64,000 bases of DNA. Origin: Acidobacteriota bacterium (GTDB taxonomy: Bacteria; Acidobacteriota; UBA890; WLXD01). Within the stretch, counting starts at the first letter, position 1; the number at the start of each line of letters is the position of its first letter. Below are positions 58,864 through 64,000 of this stretch, one piece after another. The stretch is taken from the NCBI GenBank assembly GCA_963666055.2, contig CAXWPH010000015.1, positions 1 to 64,000 of the forward strand, read 5' to 3'. Both the position numbers and the translations under genes were made by a program. The notes under the pieces were generated by a model. That model was not told the origin of the DNA and made no database searches. It saw nothing but the letters and a program-made list of their open reading frames with translations.

Positions 58864-59585
58864 CCGCCCACAGCTCCAGCGAGAGCGCCCATCGTGCTGA
58901 GCATGAGGAGCGACAGCAACAGACAACAGCACGCCAACAGGTACGGCACCAGGACGGCAGCCGCCGCACGGCCACTGGGAACACCCTGCGCTTCGCGCAA
59001 GCCAATGGTGGAGCTGACGATCCCCCACAAACTGGCCACGAGGGTGCCGCAAAACGGTATGGCGAGCCAGATATAGTTGGCGCCGGCCGCGTAGCACACC
59101 GTCTTGAGCGTCGTTTCGGGCGGATGCGGAGCACCGCCGAACAACAGCAGCAACAGGTGATAAATCCCCGTGAGGACGACCGCAAAGACGAGCACTGCAA
59201 GGGGTGCGAGAATGAACTGGATAATTCCGACGGTGTTGACGGCAGCGATCTCACCGAAGTTGAGCCCGCCGATTGAGCCGATCATGGTGCGGGTTGCCGC
59301 CCCCCACAGCAGCCCGAAGAAGCTGCCGAACGTACCGACGATGAGCAGGAAACCGATCGCCCCTCCGACGTCGCCGCTCCGACGCATGCTTCGGAAGGCC
59401 TCGGTCGGCGACAGCAGCACCATGCGGACGGTGTCCAACGCGCCAGTGGCCGAGCGGCCGGGGTCGTCCGTTTCCCATGGAAGTCCGGGGCGCCCGGACG
59501 CACCGGCTTCACCAGGTGCATGGTCAGGGGCAGGAGTTGCCTCATCAGGGGCAGGCGGCAGAGCCCCTTCCTCGCTGTCGGTCAC
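58860..59585 (-). CDS. YIP1-family membrane protein
   Basis: LPWE, VLLSPTEAFR, IPFCG, IGLREAQ; five TM segments. Confidence 0.75.
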   Translation of the reverse strand: MTDSEEGALPPAPDEATPAPDHAPGEAGASGRPGLPWETDDPGRSATGALDTVRMVLLSPTEAFRSMRRSGDVGGAIGFLLIVGTFGSFFGLLWGAATRTMIGSIGGLNFGEIAAVNTVGIIQFILAPLAVLVFAVVLTGIYHLLLLLFGGAPHPPETTLKTVCYAAGANYIWLAIPFCGTLVASLWGIVSSTIGLREAQGVPSGRAAAAVLVPYLLACCCLLLSLLMLSTMGALAGAVGG

Positions 59586-59820
59586 CGTGTCGCCCCCTCG
59601 AGCGTCCGCGCGACCTGGTCCATGCGGTGCGCGGCCGACGCTGCTAGTCTGGAATGAGATGCTGAATCAGGCGGTCGAATCCGATCGCGATGTCGATTCG
59701 TTTACCCATCGTCCATTGCTATCCGTTATCTTAAGTGGATTCGGACGTGCGTGGACGAACTACTGACCTCGTCGCTCTTGCACCCGACGGGCACCCCGCC
59801 GTCGCAACCAGCAATAAATC

Positions 59821-61476
59821 ATGACAGCCAAGCGCAAGACCCTCTTCGTAACGGTGCTCATTGCCGCGCTGGCGGTTTCGATTGCGGCCGGGCCAGCAGC
59901 GATCACCAAGGCGCGCGGCTTCTACAAGCGGCTCGAGGTTCTCGGCCGCATGTTCGAAATCATCGAGATGTACTACGTCGAGGAGATCGCGGCGGAGGAC
60001 ATGTTCGAGTACGCCGTCGGCGGCGTACTGAAGAACCTCGACCCCCACTCGCATTACTACACCGCCGACGAGTACCGGAACCTGCAGGAGCGCTACCGAG
60101 GCGACTACTTCGGCATCGGCATCCAGTTCGACGTCTTCGACGGCGTGCTCACGGTGTTGGACGCTCTGGAGGGAGGCCCATCGCAACGGCTTGGCCTGCG
60201 CCCGGGCGATCAGATCGTTCGTATCGAGGGCGAGGATGCGAAGGGGCTCGACAACGAGCAAATCTTTGCGCGACTGCGTGGTCCCAAAGGAACTCGCGTC
60301 ACCGTGACGGTGCGGCGCCCCGCTCTCGACGAGGAGTGGGATGTGCACATCACGCGCGACCAGGTCGAGGTGTCGTCCATCCTGGCGGCGACGATGCTCG
60401 AGCCCGATGTCGGCTACGTGTGGCTCAGCACCTTCTCGCAGAAAGGCGCCGCTCAACTCGAGGAGCACCTGCGCGACTTCGAGCAACGCGGCATGCGGGC
60501 CTTTATTCTGGACCTGCGTGGCAATCGTGGCGGCCTCATGAGCCAGGCGATCCGCATTACCGACAAGTTCCTGTCGGGCGGCAAGAAGATCCTCGTCACC
60601 AAGGGCCGCACCGCGAATGCCAGCGGCGAGAATCTGTCGACTGATCGCGATACGCATTCCAACACGCCGATGATCGTGCTCGTCGACCACCAGTCGGCAA
60701 GCGCCTCGGAGATCGTCGCCGGTGCCCTGCAGGACTGGGACCGTGCGCTGGTAGTAGGACAGGTGACCTTCGGCAAGGCGCTGGTCCAGAACCAGTTCCC
60801 TTTCGACGACGGCTCGGCCCTCTTTCTGACCATCGCGAGGTACTACACGCCGAGCGGCCGACTCATCCAGCGCCCCTACGTTGACGGTAGCGACGAGGCG
60901 TACTTCAACCCGGACTGGGAAGCTATCGAGGGATCGACTGATGGCACCGTGGGCGAATCGGAAGACGGTGCGGAGCCCATCGAGCGCCCGATGTTCCACA
61001 CCGAAGCCGGCCGTCCCGTCTACGGCGGCGGCGGCATCGTTCCAGACGTCAGCATCGACCCGACCGAAGTGTCGAGCCTGGCTGTGTGGCTCTACAACCG
61101 CCGGCTAACGTTCCAGTTCGCCACCCGTTACGTGGCCGAGAATGCGGCGACGCTCCCCACCGATCTCGACGCCTATCTCGACGGGTTCAGCGTCGACGAC
61201 GCTGTGGTCGACGAGTTCATCGAGTTCCTGCGCTGGCCCTCCTTGCGCGAGCAGCTCGACGCCGCCCAGGTGCCGCTCGACGAGGAAACCCTCGACGGCG
61301 CCCGCGAGGACATCCGCATGTACTTGCAAGCCCACATCGCCGGCAACATCTGGGGTCTCCGGGCCGGGCGCGTCGTGCTGCTGCGATACGACAGCCAGGT
61401 ACAACAGTCGCTCGGTCTGGTGCAGCAAGCAGCCAACCTCATGGAGCTCAAGCCGGGGGCGGTAGCCAGCTTCTAG
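59821..61476 (+). CDS. S41 C-terminal processing protease (CtpA-like)
   Basis: LDPHS, PDZ GIG, DLRGN.GG, SASASEI, TFGK, YYTPSGR, GGI.PD. Confidence 0.93.
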   Translation: MTAKRKTLFVTVLIAALAVSIAAGPAAITKARGFYKRLEVLGRMFEIIEMYYVEEIAAEDMFEYAVGGVLKNLDPHSHYYTADEYRNLQERYRGDYFGIGIQFDVFDGVLTVLDALEGGPSQRLGLRPGDQIVRIEGEDAKGLDNEQIFARLRGPKGTRVTVTVRRPALDEEWDVHITRDQVEVSSILAATMLEPDVGYVWLSTFSQKGAAQLEEHLRDFEQRGMRAFILDLRGNRGGLMSQAIRITDKFLSGGKKILVTKGRTANASGENLSTDRDTHSNTPMIVLVDHQSASASEIVAGALQDWDRALVVGQVTFGKALVQNQFPFDDGSALFLTIARYYTPSGRLIQRPYVDGSDEAYFNPDWEAIEGSTDGTVGESEDGAEPIERPMFHTEAGRPVYGGGGIVPDVSIDPTEVSSLAVWLYNRRLTFQFATRYVAENAATLPTDLDAYLDGFSVDDAVVDEFIEFLRWPSLREQLDAAQVPLDEETLDGAREDIRMYLQAHIAGNIWGLRAGRVVLLRYDSQVQQSLGLVQQAANLMELKPGAVASF

Positions 61477-61483
61477 CAGGCCG

Positions 61484-62089
61484 CTAGTGTTCTGTAGCAC
61501 CCGCCGGATCGACCGTTCGTCGGCGCCACCACCGCGCCCACAGCAGGAACGGACCCACGAGCACCGTCTCGAGTGCCATGGCGCGCGCGTTGTGCATCGA
61601 CACCAGACTGCGCAAGAATTCGCCTGCCGACACCTGGCCAACCACCTTGTCGACCCTCTCGAACAGCGGATAGAAGTGGATCCAGACAGCGGAAATGGGC
61701 CACAGCATCTGCTCGCCCACAGGCGGGCTCGGATCCTCCGTGAGCGCGTCCAGCAGCACATGCGAGCCCAGCAGCAGGGCGACGATCAACGCCGTTCCAT
61801 AGAGCCCGCTCGGCAGGTCGCCGCGCAGTTGCCATTCCCAGCGACGTGCGTACCAGGCCACCGCGGCGACGACCAACCCGACCCCGACTGCGGTGATCAG
61901 CGAATGGCTAGCGCCACGATGAAACCGGTTCGGGTCGCCGATGAGCAGGCCCGGCAACAGGTCGAGATCCGCCGCATTCGCCAGCCCGATCGCCATCAGC
62001 AGCCGCCGCCAACCACGCAGGTCGCCGTCCTTGTCCAGCGCCGTGTAGATGACACCGGCAGCCAGGCTATGGCCAATCGGCAGCGGCAT
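61484..62089 (-). CDS. Membrane metal-dependent hydrolase (YdjM-like)
   Basis: GHS, DLD, HRGASHS, SHVLLDALT, LWP. Confidence 0.85.
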   Translation of the reverse strand: MPLPIGHSLAAGVIYTALDKDGDLRGWRRLLMAIGLANAADLDLLPGLLIGDPNRFHRGASHSLITAVGVGLVVAAVAWYARRWEWQLRGDLPSGLYGTALIVALLLGSHVLLDALTEDPSPPVGEQMLWPISAVWIHFYPLFERVDKVVGQVSAGEFLRSLVSMHNARAMALETVLVGPFLLWARWWRRRTVDPAGATEH

Positions 62090-62241
62090 CGCTTCCCACC
62101 CGGTTCTTGCCCACACGAGCGACGATCGTTAGCATATCGAGACTCGGCCGAGGCGCGCGCTCGGCCATCGATCACGATCTCATGGTAGCCGGCTTCCCGC
62201 CCGTCGGCGTTTCCTCCCCACACGGGCCCACGTAACCAACC

Positions 62242-64000
62242 GTGAAAAGGCTCCGCTTCGTTGTCGCCCTAACACTCGCCGTCGGCGGGCTCCTGGTCTC
62301 GCGCGCCAACGGCCTGGCTCACGGTGCCGCAGAAGGCCCGCTGCTGCAGCTCAGCGCAGCATCACCGCCGGTGCTGGGACTGCGCCCGGCCGTAGCCGTG
62401 AAACCGCTTCCAGCAATGGCCTGGACGGCGCACCAAGAAGCCGGCCAGCGTGTGGTGGCCTCGGTGCCCGCCGGGGACGTTCCGCACGCCGTTGGCCCGG
62501 CCGGCGCCGGCAACGATGGAGCCCCGACGCTGGTGTCGACACGACGCGGCCTGCTGCTGGTGGCGGCTCGCACCGACGACAACGGCAGCCGTCTCTGGGC
62601 CCGACGTTGGGAATCTGGATCCTGGCGGCGAGCGGGGCGAGCGCCTAGCGCCGGCCGCCAGAATCACCATCCTGCCGCCACCGCGCACAGCGACGGGGCA
62701 TGGATGGTCTGGGTGGCCGGGGAGACGGCCACGCCGCGACCTGGAGATCCGCTCTACGCGGCGCGCTGGGATGGGCGTCGATGGTCCGATCCCGAGCCCT
62801 TGCCGTCGGCACCTGGTGAGCCGATGGCGCCGGCCATCACTATCGACAAGCGTGGGCGGCCGGTAGTGGTCTGGGCTGCAGGCGACGGTAACGATGCCGA
62901 GGTGTGGCTTTCTCGCCGTAGCGATGCAGCCCGCTGGAGCACACCCATCGCTCTGAGCGACAACGAGGTCCCGGACATCCAGCCCTCGATCGCACGCACG
63001 GCCGCCGGTCGATTGTTGGTGGCCTGGTCCAGCTACACCCCCGTCGGCTATGAGATCCACGCTAGCGGCGAGCGCGGCGGCGCCTTCGTGGCGCCGCGTA
63101 CGCTGTCTCCGGCGCCGGCCACCAGCCCCGAGGTGATCGAGGGCGGGCACGGAGAAGTATTGTGGTCTCGTCCTCGACCAGGCGGCGGGTCGCGACTGCA
63201 GAGCGCGACCTTCGACGGACGGCGAGCGCGCCGTATCGTCGACCTTGCAGATCTCTACAACGGCCGCTTCGACGTCGCCCTGGGAGACGACGGCAAGGTG
63301 CTGGCGACCTGGCAGTCGCCGACCGGGCCAACGCCAGTGGTGGGCTCGACCGACCCCGCAGGGCGCCTACGACTCCAGGCTCAGCCGGCCGCAACCGTGC
63401 CACCAGTGAGCGCCCGTGCCACCGTGCCCGGCGGCATCTCGATTCCGGGAACATGGCGCGGCTTCGGCGACAGCATCACGCTCGGTTTGGAGGTGGACGA
63501 GAACCTGCTCGAGACGCCGGTCGACGGTTACACGGTGCCACTGAGTGGGCACCTGTCGAGTTTCACCGACCGTTTCATCGTGGTAATCAACAGCGGCGTG
63601 GGTGGCGAGGACACCGCCGAGGCGCTGGGACGACTCGCCGGCCTGATGGGCACCGACCCCAAGCAGTATGTGCTCATCCTGTCCGGCGCCAACGACATCG
63701 CAGTTCTCGTCGATACCACCACCGTCGTGCTGAACCTCACCGGCATGGTGCGGCTGGTGACCGCAGCGGGATGCCTGCCGCTTCTCGGAACCCTGACGCC
63801 GCGGCGGGAATCAGCATTCATCGGCGGTCTCAACCCCCGCATCAACGAGATCAACACCCGGCTGCGAGCGATGGCGGCCGTGGAGCGCGCCCTCCTCGTC
63901 GACCTGCACTCGGCGCTGTTCCCGCACCCCGAGCTCTACTCCGACCTCGTCCACCCGAATCAGCTTGGCTACGACGCCTTGGCGGTGGCCTGGTTCCGCG
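62242..64000 (+). CDS. Secreted protein with propeller-like repeats and a C-terminal SGNH/GDSL hydrolase; runs off the window
   Basis: Read by hand from GTG 62242 in frame 1; absent from the ORF track because no stop falls in the window. FGDSIT, NSGVGG, GAND, DLVHPN. Confidence 0.85.
   Translation, partial: MKRLRFVVALTLAVGGLLVSRANGLAHGAAEGPLLQLSAASPPVLGLRPAVAVKPLPAMAWTAHQEAGQRVVASVPAGDVPHAVGPAGAGNDGAPTLVSTRRGLLLVAARTDDNGSRLWARRWESGSWRRAGRAPSAGRQNHHPAATAHSDGAWMVWVAGETATPRPGDPLYAARWDGRRWSDPEPLPSAPGEPMAPAITIDKRGRPVVVWAAGDGNDAEVWLSRRSDAARWSTPIALSDNEVPDIQPSIARTAAGRLLVAWSSYTPVGYEIHASGERGGAFVAPRTLSPAPATSPEVIEGGHGEVLWSRPRPGGGSRLQSATFDGRRARRIVDLADLYNGRFDVALGDDGKVLATWQSPTGPTPVVGSTDPAGRLRLQAQPAATVPPVSARATVPGGISIPGTWRGFGDSITLGLEVDENLLETPVDGYTVPLSGHLSSFTDRFIVVINSGVGGEDTAEALGRLAGLMGTDPKQYVLILSGANDIAVLVDTTTVVLNLTGMVRLVTAAGCLPLLGTLTPRRESAFIGGLNPRINEINTRLRAMAAVERALLVDLHSALFPHPELYSDLVHPNQLGYDALAVAWFR

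Overview
A GC-rich bacterial window, probably from Acidobacteriota (inferred from the GWxTD protein, the DUF1592-DUF1552-ankyrin operon and three PQQ-like propellers). Single-base homopolymer frameshifts suggest a long-read assembly. From left to right it holds: a DUF1592/DUF1552/ankyrin operon; a form II cox (CODH-like molybdoenzyme) cluster with its maturation genes; a collapsed alternative complex III remnant; three tandem spermidine-dehydrogenase-like flavoproteins; a truncated amine oxidase; then housekeeping and envelope genes (ABC-F, GlnRS-YqeY, PFK, kinase, ABC exporter, M20/M23/S41 peptidases, SGNH hydrolase). There is no rRNA, tRNA, CRISPR array or intact transposase. The most unusual signal is non-coding. 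Two ~275-bp MITE-like elements have unrelated terminal inverted repeats yet carry the same head-to-head pair of ~60-nt structured modules. Nine copies of a third short element and many scars also occur, nearly all at CTAG sites that often double as gene stop codons, and several sit beside deleted or truncated genes. All family assignments come from motif recognition, not database searches.
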